DNA from: an uncultured cyanobacterium | GTDB lineage: Bacteria > Cyanobacteriota > Cyanobacteriia > CAKZMO01 | Direction: 5' to 3' | Assembly: GCA_963719515.1 (NCBI GenBank) | Contig: CAVRCJ010000010.1 | Coordinates: 256,001 to 320,000, forward strand | Length of the DNA stretch: 64,000 nucleotides | Shown: piece by piece, positions 31,745-42,075 of the stretch | Numbering within the stretch: the stretch's first letter is position 1 | How the letters are laid out: every line of letters begins with the position of its first letter | Program-made: the position numbers and the translations under genes | The notes under the pieces: model-generated | The model's database searches: none | The model's input: the letters and a program-made list of their open reading frames with translations, nothing else | What the model was told of the DNA's origin: nothing

Positions 31745-33163
31745 TTACTCACGCCGTCCCGGCAGCACCAGGTTCAAAACCAGGGCGGTGATGCCACCTG
31801 TGCTGATGCCGGAGGAAAAGATGCTTTTGACTAGCGTCGGCATCTGATCTAGCAGGTCGGGCACCACGCTGACGCCCAACCCTAAACCGAGGGAAGTTGC
31901 AAGAATAATGGACGAGCGCTTCGTGAGATTGACGCAGGAAATGATCTTCAGCCCCGCCACCGCCACCGTACCAAACATAATGATGGTCGCCCCACCCAGC
32001 ACCGGCTGCGGGATGGTTTGAAAGATGCCCGCTACGATGGGAATCAGCCCCAAAAGCGACAGGATGGCCGCAATGAAATAGCCTACATAGCGGCTGCCGA
32101 TGCCGGTGAGCTGAATGACGCCGTTGTTTTGGCTGAAGGTGGTGTTGGGGAAAGTGTTGAAGATGGCCCCAATCATGGAGTTGATGCCGTCGCCTAAGAT
32201 ACCCCCCTTGATGCGATCGAAGTAGGGCTTGCCCTCAATGGGCTGCCCCGTGAGGATAGAGGTGGCCGTTAGATCTCCCGTAGACTCGATAGTCGTAATC
32301 AAGTAGAGAAAAGCAAACGGAATAAACGCCGCTATGTCAAAGCCAAACCCGTAGCGGAAGGGGATGGGGACGGTGACCGGCGGCAGGCCGCTAAGGGTGC
32401 TAAAGTCTACCAGGCCCATGGGAATAGCGACAATGTAGCCCACCAGCAGGCCGATGGCGATGGACGACATCCGCAGGAGGCTGCTGCTGAGGCTGTTGAG
32501 AATGACGATAATCGCCAGCACCAGGGCCGCAAGCCCTAAGTTTTGCGGGCTGCCAAAGGTGCCTGCCGCCCGCGCCGGGAATCCACCGCCCATGCTGGTG
32601 ATGCCCACATTGATCAGCGTTAGGCCAATCAGGGTGACCACGATGCCCGTAACCAAAGGCGTCACCACCGCTTTGGCAAACTGGATTAGGCGGCTAAAAA
32701 ACATCTCAATGAACGAGCCGAAAAAGCACAGCCCAAAGATGGTGCCCAGCGCGGCCTGGGGCGTCCCCCCTGCGCCAGTAACGGCGGTGCCTGCGGCAAT
32801 GATTGGGCCGATGAAGGCAAAGCTCGTACCCTGAACGCTCAGCAGCCCTGACCCGACGGGGCCGATTCTTTTGGCCTGAATAAAGGTGGCAATGCCCGAG
32901 ACAAACAGGGACATGCTGACTAGGTAGGCCGCATCGGCAGGCTCTAGGCCCAGGGCACCAGAGATAATTAGCGACGGCGTGATGATGCCCACAAAAGAAG
33001 CAAACACGTGCTGAATCGCGGCTAGAATGGCTTCGCGCACGGGGGGCCGCGCCTCTAAGCCGTAGATAAGGTCGGTCTCGATAGGGGGTGACGCGACGGC
33101 GGCGTCAGCAGCGGCGCGAGCTTCGCTCTCTAAACTGACAGAGGTCTCTTGGGGATTATTCAT
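31745..33163 (-). CDS. NCS2 xanthine/uric acid permease
   Basis: IQH in TM1, TTFSQNNGVIQLTG signature. Confidence 0.93.
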   Translation of the reverse strand: MNNPQETSVSLESEARAAADAAVASPPIETDLIYGLEARPPVREAILAAIQHVFASFVGIITPSLIISGALGLEPADAAYLVSMSLFVSGIATFIQAKRIGPVGSGLLSVQGTSFAFIGPIIAAGTAVTGAGGTPQAALGTIFGLCFFGSFIEMFFSRLIQFAKAVVTPLVTGIVVTLIGLTLINVGITSMGGGFPARAAGTFGSPQNLGLAALVLAIIVILNSLSSSLLRMSSIAIGLLVGYIVAIPMGLVDFSTLSGLPPVTVPIPFRYGFGFDIAAFIPFAFLYLITTIESTGDLTATSILTGQPIEGKPYFDRIKGGILGDGINSMIGAIFNTFPNTTFSQNNGVIQLTGIGSRYVGYFIAAILSLLGLIPIVAGIFQTIPQPVLGGATIIMFGTVAVAGLKIISCVNLTKRSSIILATSLGLGLGVSVVPDLLDQMPTLVKSIFSSGISTGGITALVLNLVLPGRRE

Positions 33164-33208
33164 GGCTTAGGGTTTCTCATGCAGATCGAGGGATATGAAT
33201 ATAGGGTC

Positions 33209-35152
33209 TTAAAAGCTGAACTGGGTTCTGAGGTTGCCTACCCACACCGTGGGGTTGTCGCTGAAATTGTTGGGGTTGCTGACCACATACACCGCTGGCA
33301 CCAGCGCGATGTTGTCGGTGAGGGGATAGTAGTAGGTGGCTTCTAGCTCGAACTGCACGCCACCATCACCGCCACCCGAGGCCAAGAATTCGCGCCCGTC
33401 GAGAACGGAGAAGGGAATCAGGTAGGAGAAGCTTAAGAGCGCTCCTTCAGTCCCTAAGTCTGGAAAAGCTAGCCCCGCCTGTATCGCTTGGGCATCAATT
33501 TCGCCATCGTTCCGGCCTGGGGTTTGGGGATCGATTTCGGTGCTGCCGTAAAAGTAGCGGCCAAAAACGCCGAATTTCTCAGCGATGCGCCAGTCAAAGT
33601 TGAATCCAAAGGTGTTGGCGATCGCCGGGTCGATGGTTCCCCCGAAGCCATCGTCGGCGACGCCGTACACGGGCTCGCCGGTTGCCCCGCCGATGCCAAA
33701 CCCCGTCAAGTTGCCCAACTCATTAAAGAGAGGCACGTTGTTGTCGATGCGGGAGCGGGTATAGAGGAAGCGTAGGTTGAGATCGGAGACAGGCTGAAGG
33801 CGCACCTGAGCCGTCAGGGTATTGGTGCCGTTAAACAGGCCGTCGTCTGCGTCTGTTGCGGTGTTGAAGAATGCGTTGGGCAAAAATTCGGTGTTCTCCC
33901 CCATGTAGGCCGCGCTCACGTCTACCCAGTCAGCCGGCGCCCAGTTTACGAATGCTCCCGCCCCGCGGTCAATGGCATTGACCAGGGTACTGCCGCTGGC
34001 GTTGAAGCTGCTGGCTCCCCTACCAAAGAAGGTAAAGGCGTTGCCGTCGAAGTAGCGGTACCAGTTGAGCCTCGGTCCGACGGCAAACTGCAGGGTATCC
34101 CCGACAGCGAAGGTATAGAACAGCTCCCGCAGGGCAATATCACCGCTCAGCGGTGCCCCGGCCTGGTCGGTGAAGGGGGTGCCAAACGTGTTGAACAGCC
34201 CTGCAGAAACGAGGGAGTTAGCGGGGGACTGGCCGTTGCCGACTGCGAGCTGGGTGGTGAGGCGATCGCGTCCGTTGAAGGAGGTGTTGAGGTTGAGGAA
34301 CGTGTAGTTACTGAAGATGATGGACGGATCGTCGTCTCTAGTCGCCACCAAAGGCTCTCCGGTGACCGAATCTCGGCCCGCGCGGCGCAGGTTGAGGGGA
34401 CGGGCGTCAATATCGGCCGTTTCTACCTGGAGGCCATCCCCAGCGATGGAGGCCCCCGTGACGTTGAAGTAGACGTTGCCCGTCAGCTTGGTGGTGGTCG
34501 AAAACTGGTTGGCCTCTAGTTCTGCAGTGCGAACCTCTAGTGAATCGGCGCGGCCCCGCAAGGTCGCCAAATCTGCGGCAAACTGCTGCTGCAGGCGGTT
34601 GAGGGTGGCAACGTCCTGCTGGTTGATCTGAACCTGGTCGAGGTTGGCCGTGATGTTGTTGAGGCAGGCGTTCAGACCCGCCGCAAACTCGTAGCGGCTC
34701 ATGGCGGTGAATCCGCGAAACGTACCGTCGGGGTAGCCGGCAATGCAGCCATAGCGAGCAATTAGGTCTGATAGCGCCTGGAATGCCCAGTCGGTAGGCT
34801 GAACGTCTCCGAGCTGGTTGACGCTCGTCACCTGAGACATGGCGTCATCGGTATCGAGGGTAGAATCGCCCAGAATATCAGGGGCCAGAATGTCTGAAAC
34901 CTGCTGATTGGCGTCGTTTTCTAGGTCATTGACCTCCAACGCGTAGGCCTCTAACTCAGGCGGCGCGGCCTCTACTGACAAAGATGTCGTCTCTGACATT
35001 TGCGCCAGAGCTTCGTCGGCAGCGGGCGCTGGTTCTGCAGACGCGGGTTGCCAAATTAACAGGCTGCCCGTAGCCACACTAGCAGCGAGTAGCGCGTATG
35101 ATTTGCTATTCCAGTACGCTGTCCAATAGGCCCATTTTTCTGAAGAAGTCAT
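33209..35152 (-). CDS. Cyanobacterial SLH-domain porin (OprB/iron-uptake porin family)
   Basis: DVQPTDWAFQAL, GYPDGTFRG, QFSTTTKL, C-terminal LRTQFSF. Confidence 0.92.
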   Translation of the reverse strand: MTSSEKWAYWTAYWNSKSYALLAASVATGSLLIWQPASAEPAPAADEALAQMSETTSLSVEAAPPELEAYALEVNDLENDANQQVSDILAPDILGDSTLDTDDAMSQVTSVNQLGDVQPTDWAFQALSDLIARYGCIAGYPDGTFRGFTAMSRYEFAAGLNACLNNITANLDQVQINQQDVATLNRLQQQFAADLATLRGRADSLEVRTAELEANQFSTTTKLTGNVYFNVTGASIAGDGLQVETADIDARPLNLRRAGRDSVTGEPLVATRDDDPSIIFSNYTFLNLNTSFNGRDRLTTQLAVGNGQSPANSLVSAGLFNTFGTPFTDQAGAPLSGDIALRELFYTFAVGDTLQFAVGPRLNWYRYFDGNAFTFFGRGASSFNASGSTLVNAIDRGAGAFVNWAPADWVDVSAAYMGENTEFLPNAFFNTATDADDGLFNGTNTLTAQVRLQPVSDLNLRFLYTRSRIDNNVPLFNELGNLTGFGIGGATGEPVYGVADDGFGGTIDPAIANTFGFNFDWRIAEKFGVFGRYFYGSTEIDPQTPGRNDGEIDAQAIQAGLAFPDLGTEGALLSFSYLIPFSVLDGREFLASGGGDGGVQFELEATYYYPLTDNIALVPAVYVVSNPNNFSDNPTVWVGNLRTQFSF

Positions 35153-35488
35153 TGCAGATTCGATTCCCTAATTCACTCACACCATAAGAACAGCCCAGTA
35201 GGCGCAGTAAAAAATGCGCTGAGCCGTAGCGAAGCCTAGTACCAATCTCAAATTGTCTGCCTCCCTGCAGATGCCCGTATTTTGCATACGTTCTGTATAC
35301 CGGCAAGGATGGCATACCTCAATGTATACAGACCCACATCCGTGAATGGTGTTCTGCACTACAGTCTTAAACCAAGCTGAGAGAAAGGTGAGAATTTCAT
35401 GACCTGCGGGTCTTCCCGCTGATCGGCTATATTACGGAAGCGCTGCTGTCTTAGACACGATGGGCTGGAGGCCGCCTGTTCTGATCGG

Positions 35489-36343
35489 ATGACGTCATCG
35501 ACACCACTACTCCATGAGCAGATTTACCTCACGCTGCGGACATCGATTCTCACCGGGGGTATTGGCCTAGGCGATCGCCTCGTTGAGAGTCGCTTGGCAG
35601 AGGAGCTGCGGGTAAGCCGTACCCCCATCCGAGAAGCGATTCGGCGGCTGCAGTACGAAGGGCTGCTGACGACGGACCCGCTTAACGGCATCACGCCGGT
35701 CGAGCTTTCCCTTGAGAATGCAGTCCACCTCTACGACTGCCGCATTGCCCTAGAGCAGCTCGCCGTTGAAGGGGCCTGCCGCAGCGCAGCGCCTGCTCAG
35801 GTCGAGTCTCTCCGTCGCATTCTTCAAGATGCCGATGAACTCCTGCTGAAAACCAGCGGCATCAGCGATCGGCATACCCTGGAAGACCATGCGCAGCAGC
35901 TAGAAGACCATGCGCTGAGACAGAGGGACCTCAACTACGCCTTTCACCGCCTGATTGCGGAAAGCTCTCAAAACCCGTGGCTGGTGTCGATGCTGGACCA
36001 GCTGGCGAACCAGGTAAAGCTGCTGCGGCTGCAGATTTTGCAGGTTCCTGTGGACGTGGGGGCTATTCAATCAGAGCATTGGGAGATTGTGGAGGCGATC
36101 GCCCAGCGCGATACCCAGGCTGCCGTAGACCACATCCGCGCTCACCTAGAGATCAGCAAGCAGCGGGTGATTAAGACCTTAAACGGGCAAGCTCAGAGCC
36201 AGACCCTTCGGCAAAAGGGAGCACAGCCTGAGAGCGCCTGCCCCCGCTGCGGCGCTCAGGATCTAAGAAAAAACGGCAGGCGAAAGAACAAGCAAAACTA
36301 CCTCTGCAAGGCCTGCGGGCGGCAATTTGTGCGCAACAGATGA
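35489..36343 (+). CDS. GntR/FCD regulator with C-terminal zinc ribbon
   Basis: VSRTPIREA HTH, FHRLI and EHWEI FCD motifs, CPRC...CKAC tail. Confidence 0.9.
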   Translation: MTSSTPLLHEQIYLTLRTSILTGGIGLGDRLVESRLAEELRVSRTPIREAIRRLQYEGLLTTDPLNGITPVELSLENAVHLYDCRIALEQLAVEGACRSAAPAQVESLRRILQDADELLLKTSGISDRHTLEDHAQQLEDHALRQRDLNYAFHRLIAESSQNPWLVSMLDQLANQVKLLRLQILQVPVDVGAIQSEHWEIVEAIAQRDTQAAVDHIRAHLEISKQRVIKTLNGQAQSQTLRQKGAQPESACPRCGAQDLRKNGRRKNKQNYLCKACGRQFVRNR

Positions 36344-36362
36344 TGGCTCAACAGCGAAAGGC

Positions 36363-36725
36363 TTAGCTGCCGCGATAGGTGCTGTAGGACCAGGGCGACA
36401 CCAAAAGCGGCACGTGATAGTGGGCGTTGACGTCGGCGATGCCGAAGCGGATGGGAACGCGGCTTAAAAACGGGGGGTCGGGCAACGTTGGGTCAAGCGC
36501 GGCAAAGTAGTCGCCGACCCAGAACAGCAGCTCATATTCCCCAGCGACCATAGCGCCCTGGGCGAGTAGGGGCGCAGGCGATCGCCCGTCGGCATTGGTT
36601 GTGCTGCTGACGACCAGCGCCCCATCTGACGTCATCCGCCACAGCTCTAGCTTCAGCCCGGCCGCTGGGCAGCCGTTAGCGGTGTCGAGCACGTGGGTGG
36701 TCAGTTTTCCTGTGGGTTCAGCCAT
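36363..36725 (-). CDS. uraH: Hydroxyisourate hydrolase
   Basis: LTTHVLD, HYHVPLL, C-terminal YRGS. Confidence 0.95.
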   Translation of the reverse strand: MAEPTGKLTTHVLDTANGCPAAGLKLELWRMTSDGALVVSSTTNADGRSPAPLLAQGAMVAGEYELLFWVGDYFAALDPTLPDPPFLSRVPIRFGIADVNAHYHVPLLVSPWSYSTYRGS

Positions 36726-36878
36726 AACGATGGATAGGACTAGGGAGGGGTCGATGAATCGGAGTACGAATTTTCTGCATTAGATCTGCGTTGGATCAAT
36801 CCAATATCAGCCAGTGAGGGCGCGGCCTGTCCCCGTGCCGAAAATTGAAAAATCGTCAGCATCAGGCGGTGTAGCTCA

Positions 36879-38042
36879 TCACCGCATTGGCCCCAAAAGA
36901 ATCGTCTCAGAGATAGCGTCCATAATCGTGGTGCCGTCCTCATGGGCTAGCTCAGCGTACCACTGCTCGGTTTTGCTCATGTCCTTACCGTGGGTCACCC
37001 CGGCCCGCTTACGCGCCTTGAGAATGACCTGGGCCACCCGCTCTAGGCGACTGTCCTGATAGCGCTCCAGCGCATCCGCTACGCCGAGATTGGTGGTCAG
37101 CAGAGCGTTGGCCAGTGACCAAGCGTCCTCCATAGCCTGACAACCTCCTTGCCCCAGGTCCGGCGCGGTGCTGTGGGCCGCATCTCCAATCAGCGCGATC
37201 CGCCCTTTGACCAGCGTTTGCAGCGGCTCAATATCGTGAATTTCTACCCGGTTGGTGTTCTCCGGCTCTAGCCGCTCGATCAGGGCCTGCACGGGCGCGG
37301 CCCAGCCCTCAAAGTGCTGGGAAAGCTCCCGGCGGAAGTTGTCGGGGCTTCTATCCGTGCCCTTGGGCAGAGGCACGTCTAGAAAGAAGTAGAAGCGATC
37401 GCCCCCCACCGGCATCAGAGAAGCCCGCTGGCCGTTGCCCACGTAAATGTCCCAGCTATTGCGGGGCGCGAGGTCATCGCTCATTGCCACTAGCCCGTTC
37501 CAGTTGACGTAGCCGACGTAGCGCCGTTCGGCAGGGTGGCCGAGCACGTGGGTGCGGATGACTGAATGGGTGCCGTCTGCCCCAACCACTAGGTCGGCGG
37601 TAGCGCGGTGGCCGTCTTCAAATACGGCGGTGGCGCTGTCGGCGGTCTGCTCTACGGCGACGCAGCGGTGGTTGAGCTGCACATTATTCTCGCCCACGGC
37701 TTCTAGCAGCATCCGCTGTAGGTCGGTGCGGGCTACCGGGTAGGGGGCTTGCCCGACGCGATCGACGATGGGGTCCAGGCTGAAGCGGGTGAGCAGGTTT
37801 CCCGCTTTGTCGTAATAGGCCATCTGCTCCATCGGTCCGCCGATTTCAGCAATCTCGCGGCCCAGCCCTAGGCGATTGAGAACTTTGACGCCATTGGACC
37901 ACAGCGAAATCCCGGCCCCAGCCGGACGCAGCTCACTGACGCGATCGTAGATCTCAACGCTGTAGCCCGCCTGCTTCATCGCTAGGGCTGTAGTTAGCCC
38001 ACCCATACCTGCACCGACGACGACAACGCTGAGCTTTTCCAT
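36879..38042 (-). CDS. hpxO: FAD-dependent urate hydroxylase
   Basis: GAGMGG, ADG, GDAAH..PDLGQGG; adjacent to uraH. Confidence 0.85.
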   Translation of the reverse strand: MEKLSVVVVGAGMGGLTTALAMKQAGYSVEIYDRVSELRPAGAGISLWSNGVKVLNRLGLGREIAEIGGPMEQMAYYDKAGNLLTRFSLDPIVDRVGQAPYPVARTDLQRMLLEAVGENNVQLNHRCVAVEQTADSATAVFEDGHRATADLVVGADGTHSVIRTHVLGHPAERRYVGYVNWNGLVAMSDDLAPRNSWDIYVGNGQRASLMPVGGDRFYFFLDVPLPKGTDRSPDNFRRELSQHFEGWAAPVQALIERLEPENTNRVEIHDIEPLQTLVKGRIALIGDAAHSTAPDLGQGGCQAMEDAWSLANALLTTNLGVADALERYQDSRLERVAQVILKARKRAGVTHGKDMSKTEQWYAELAHEDGTTIMDAISETILLGPMR

Positions 38043-38121
38043 GCTGTTAGAACTTGGGGAGGATTAAGTTGATTGTGAAATTACGCCAATGGAATCACTA
38101 CTGCCCCAAGTCTGTCAACTT

Positions 38122-40047
38122 TTAAACGTCGCGCTCCGCCAGCTCCATCCAGCGCTCGGTGGCCTGATCAATCTCGCCTGAGAGTTGAGTGAGCTGCTGG
38201 CTGATGGTTTCTAGAGCCGTAAAATCGCTGGGAGCCTCTTGGTAAAGCTGACGCTCTAGCTCCAATTTTTTGGCTTCCATTTGGGCGATCGCCGCTTCCA
38301 GCTTTTGGTACTCCCGCTGCTCGTAGTTTGACAGCGGCTTCACCCGCCCGCCCTGAGCGGGCTGGACGTTGGGCTGTTCGGGCTTAGGAGCCTTTGGCCC
38401 CGGCGACACGTCTTGGGCCGCCTTTTCCCGCACCGCCTCCTGACGCTTGTAGTCCATATAGACCGAGTAGTTGCCGGGGTACTGACGCACCTCGCCGTCT
38501 TCGAGGGCAAAAATGACGTTGACCGCCCGGTCGAGGAAGTAGCGATCGTGGGAGACGACAATGACGCAGCCGCTGAATTCCTCTAGGTACTCCTCCAGCA
38601 CCGACAGGGTCTGCACGTCGAGGTCGTTGGTAGGCTCGTCAAGAATCAGGACGTTGGGCGCTTCCATCAGGACTCTCAGCAGAAACAGCCGCCGCCGCTC
38701 CCCCCCGGAGAGCTTGTGGAGCGGGGTGTACTGCTGATTGCCAAAAAAGAGAAATCGTTCCAGCATTTGGGAGGCGCTAATCTGACTCCCGTCAGCGGTC
38801 TGGACGTAGGAGCCCACCTCTTGAAGGTAGTTGATCACCCGCTGTTCGGGGTCGGCCTCGATCAGATTTTCCGAATGCTGGTCAAAGTAGCCGATGTGAA
38901 TGGTGCCGCCGATGTCCACCGTGCCGCTGTCCGGCTCGACGCGGCCCGTGACCATATTCACCAGGGTCGACTTTCCCACCCCGTTGCGGCCAATGATGCC
39001 CACGCGGCTGTCGGCGCTGAACTGATAGGTGAAGTCTTTGACGATGGTGCGATCGCCGTAGGCCTTAGACACCGCCTCTAGCTCGATCACTTTTTTGCCG
39101 ATGCGACGACCCGGCGTGTCCATTTCAACGCGAGTCTGAGCCTCCTTAAAGGTCTTATCCTGCATCTCCCCAATCCGGTCGATACGGGCCTTCTGCTTGG
39201 TGCTCCGCGCCTTAGGGCCGCGCTTCAGCCACTCTAGCTCGCGCACGAGCGCCCGCTGGTGCTTCCGCTGCCCTTCAGCGGCCACCGACTCCGACAGGGC
39301 CTTTTTCTCTAGGAAGTAGCTGTAGTTACCGTCGTACTCATACAGGTCGCCCCGGTCTACTTCGATGATCCGGTTAGTGACTCGGTCTAAAAAGTAGCGA
39401 TCGTGGGTAATCAGCAGCAGGGCTCCGCTGTAGCTTTTGAGGTAGTCCTGCAGCCACTCCACCGACGCGGCGTCTAGATGGTTGGTGGGCTCGTCCATCA
39501 GCAGCAGGTCTGGGAAGGAGAGCAGCGCGGTCGCTAGAGCAATACGCTTGCGGTAGCCGCCAGATAAATCCCCCACCCTGGCATCGACGTCATCGATGCC
39601 CAACTGGGTCAAAATAATTTTGGCATTGGTCTCTAGCTCCCAAGCCCCAGCGGCTTCCATTTGAGCGTTGACCTGGGTCATCTCGTTCATCAAAGTGCTG
39701 AGTTCATCCCCTTCCGCCTGGGCCATGCGGTGAGACAGGGTCTCGTAGCGGCGCACTAAATCCATCTGCTCGCCGCTGTCGGCAAACACCTGGTCGAGCA
39801 CCGTCCGGCCTTTGTCCATGTCGGGCTGCTGCGGCAGGTACATGATGCGCGCGCCGGAGCGCACTAGCCGCTTACCGCCATCGATAGGCTCTAAGCCGGC
39901 CAGCATCTTGAGCAACGTCGACTTGCCGGAGCCATTGACGCCGATGAGGCCAACTTTATCGCGGGCGTCGATGCTGAAGCTGGCGTCTCTAAGAATTTCT
40001 TTGATGCCGAAGTCTTTCTTGATGGATTGGAGCGTAATGATGCTCAT
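38122..40047 (-). CDS. ABC-F family ATPase (Uup-like)
   Basis: Two ABC cassettes (GVNGSGKS, GRNGVGKS, DEPTN twice), KARSTK linker, C-terminal coiled coil. Confidence 0.92.
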   Translation of the reverse strand: MSIITLQSIKKDFGIKEILRDASFSIDARDKVGLIGVNGSGKSTLLKMLAGLEPIDGGKRLVRSGARIMYLPQQPDMDKGRTVLDQVFADSGEQMDLVRRYETLSHRMAQAEGDELSTLMNEMTQVNAQMEAAGAWELETNAKIILTQLGIDDVDARVGDLSGGYRKRIALATALLSFPDLLLMDEPTNHLDAASVEWLQDYLKSYSGALLLITHDRYFLDRVTNRIIEVDRGDLYEYDGNYSYFLEKKALSESVAAEGQRKHQRALVRELEWLKRGPKARSTKQKARIDRIGEMQDKTFKEAQTRVEMDTPGRRIGKKVIELEAVSKAYGDRTIVKDFTYQFSADSRVGIIGRNGVGKSTLVNMVTGRVEPDSGTVDIGGTIHIGYFDQHSENLIEADPEQRVINYLQEVGSYVQTADGSQISASQMLERFLFFGNQQYTPLHKLSGGERRRLFLLRVLMEAPNVLILDEPTNDLDVQTLSVLEEYLEEFSGCVIVVSHDRYFLDRAVNVIFALEDGEVRQYPGNYSVYMDYKRQEAVREKAAQDVSPGPKAPKPEQPNVQPAQGGRVKPLSNYEQREYQKLEAAIAQMEAKKLELERQLYQEAPSDFTALETISQQLTQLSGEIDQATERWMELAERDV

Positions 40048-40194
40048 AGGGCACCGGTACTCTTTAATACGGAACTGAGTCTGAACATATTGGATTTAAC
40101 CTCGCCCCATACTGTGAAAGCTGACACCGTAGAGCTATATGGGCTTTAATATGAAAGCACCTAACAGCATGAACCTGTGGAGCGCAATAGCTCG

Positions 40195-42075
40195 ATGGCT
40201 GAGTCAGACAAAAAGCTAAAGCTACTGGTCGTTGATGACGAGTCTGACAACCTGGACCTACTATATCGGACCTTTCGACAGAAGTTCAGGGTCTTTCGGG
40301 CCGACAGCGCGGTAACAGCTCTAGGGCTGCTTAGGAAAGAGGGAGAGATGGCTATCATCATCTCTGACCAGCGCATGCCGTTTATGAAGGGAACCGAGCT
40401 GCTTCAGCGCACCGTCGAGCAGTTCCCAGATACGGTGCGCATCGTGCTGACTGGCTATACCGACGTAGAAGACCTGGTAGAGGCCATCAACACAGGTCAA
40501 GTCTTTAAGTACATCACCAAGCCCTGGAAGCCGCAAGAGCTTCAGGACATTGTGCGGCAGGCGGCAGACACCTACCGAGCCATTAAGCAGCGCACCAGCG
40601 ATCTCAGACGGGCCCTGTGGCGAGAGTCTGTCTTCAATGAGGTAATGCAGGCGATTCGAGAAACCCTAGACTACGATCGCATCGAGAACGCGATCGCCTA
40701 CACGTTTGGAAGACTGTTTGATGCAGAGACGAGCGTTCTGATTCCGGTTTCCACGGTAGGCCTAACAAATATAACTCCGCAAACGCTGTCGGCTCAATCC
40801 ACCGCCTATCGGTTTTCTCAAGCTGAGCCTGCTGACGATGCCGTCGGTGTTGCTCCGATGGCCCCGTTAAAGGCTCCGGTCGCGCGTCCTGTGGATAGCC
40901 TTGTGGAGAAGTGTCTTACCAAAACAGATGCCTCTGAGGTCAACACCACGACAGTAGTCGCCGCCGAAATAGCGATTCAGGACGCCGACATCGCCTGCCT
41001 CGAAACTGTGCTCCAGAGCAACCGTCACCAATGGAGCTGTTGCCGAGAGGCCCACATACGATGTGAGCAGGTCAGCATACCGCTGGTTTACCAGCATCAG
41101 CCCCTAGCGGTTTTAGTTCTAAAGCGCTCAATCGACCAACCGTCTTGGCGTCCGGAGGACCTCAAGCTGCTGGATGATGTGGCACAGCAGGCTGCTTTGG
41201 CACTCTCTCAAGCGAAGCTCCATCAGCGCGTTCAGGCGCAAACCCTGCGCATGCAGTCTGAGCTTGAGTTCGCCCGAGAGATTCAGACTAGCCTCCTACG
41301 TCAGCAGCTGCCCGAGCTGCCCGACGTCACCCTTGAAGCCCGGTGCCTTCCGGCCAGAGAGGTCGGCGGCGATTTTTACGAAGTGTATAAGCACGTCAAC
41401 AGCGATGACGTCTGGCTCTCGGTTGGCGACGTTTCCGGCAAAGGCGTTCCGGCAGCGCTGTTGATGGCCAGCGCTATTTCTGTACTGCGCCAGGAGCTCT
41501 CTCAAGAATCCCCGCCTGCTCCGGGAGTGATTATGCAGCGGCTCAACCAAAATCTAATGAGTAGCTTGGTGAGCAGCAACTGTCTGATTACTATGGTGCT
41601 GGTACGCTACTCGCGGCAGTCATCAGAGATAACGTACGCCAATGCAGGCCATATTTATCCAATGGTCTGGTCTCACGCCCAGGTGAAATCTCAGCAGCAC
41701 GGCACTCGCGACCCCAACGCCCCGCCGACCCTCCAGCCCGACTACCTAAAGGAGCGCGGCGTTCCCCTGGGCATCACCGCTGACTGGCAAGGAGAAACGG
41801 GACGGCGATCGCTCGAGTCTAGCGACGTCGTCATGCTAGTTAGCGATGGGATTACCGAGGCGACTGCCCCTAGCCCGCTCCACCACCACAGCGATCGCGC
41901 TCCTGCTGCTCCAGACTCCTACCCAGAAATGCTCCGGCATACGGGGCTGTGGCAGCTCATTCTGCGGCTCAATGGGGCCCCCAACTTGGACGCTATACTT
42001 GACTATATCCAGTCGGACAGCAACGTTCGTGAGGACGATCAGACCATCCTCGCTATGGAGGTCCTGCAGTCATGA
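40195..42075 (+). CDS. REC-GAF-SpoIIE (PP2C) phosphatase
   Basis: IISDQRMP receiver, GAF, VGGDFY, GDVSGKG, SDGITE, DDQT. Confidence 0.92.
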   Translation: MAESDKKLKLLVVDDESDNLDLLYRTFRQKFRVFRADSAVTALGLLRKEGEMAIIISDQRMPFMKGTELLQRTVEQFPDTVRIVLTGYTDVEDLVEAINTGQVFKYITKPWKPQELQDIVRQAADTYRAIKQRTSDLRRALWRESVFNEVMQAIRETLDYDRIENAIAYTFGRLFDAETSVLIPVSTVGLTNITPQTLSAQSTAYRFSQAEPADDAVGVAPMAPLKAPVARPVDSLVEKCLTKTDASEVNTTTVVAAEIAIQDADIACLETVLQSNRHQWSCCREAHIRCEQVSIPLVYQHQPLAVLVLKRSIDQPSWRPEDLKLLDDVAQQAALALSQAKLHQRVQAQTLRMQSELEFAREIQTSLLRQQLPELPDVTLEARCLPAREVGGDFYEVYKHVNSDDVWLSVGDVSGKGVPAALLMASAISVLRQELSQESPPAPGVIMQRLNQNLMSSLVSSNCLITMVLVRYSRQSSEITYANAGHIYPMVWSHAQVKSQQHGTRDPNAPPTLQPDYLKERGVPLGITADWQGETGRRSLESSDVVMLVSDGITEATAPSPLHHHSDRAPAAPDSYPEMLRHTGLWQLILRLNGAPNLDAILDYIQSDSNVREDDQTILAMEVLQS

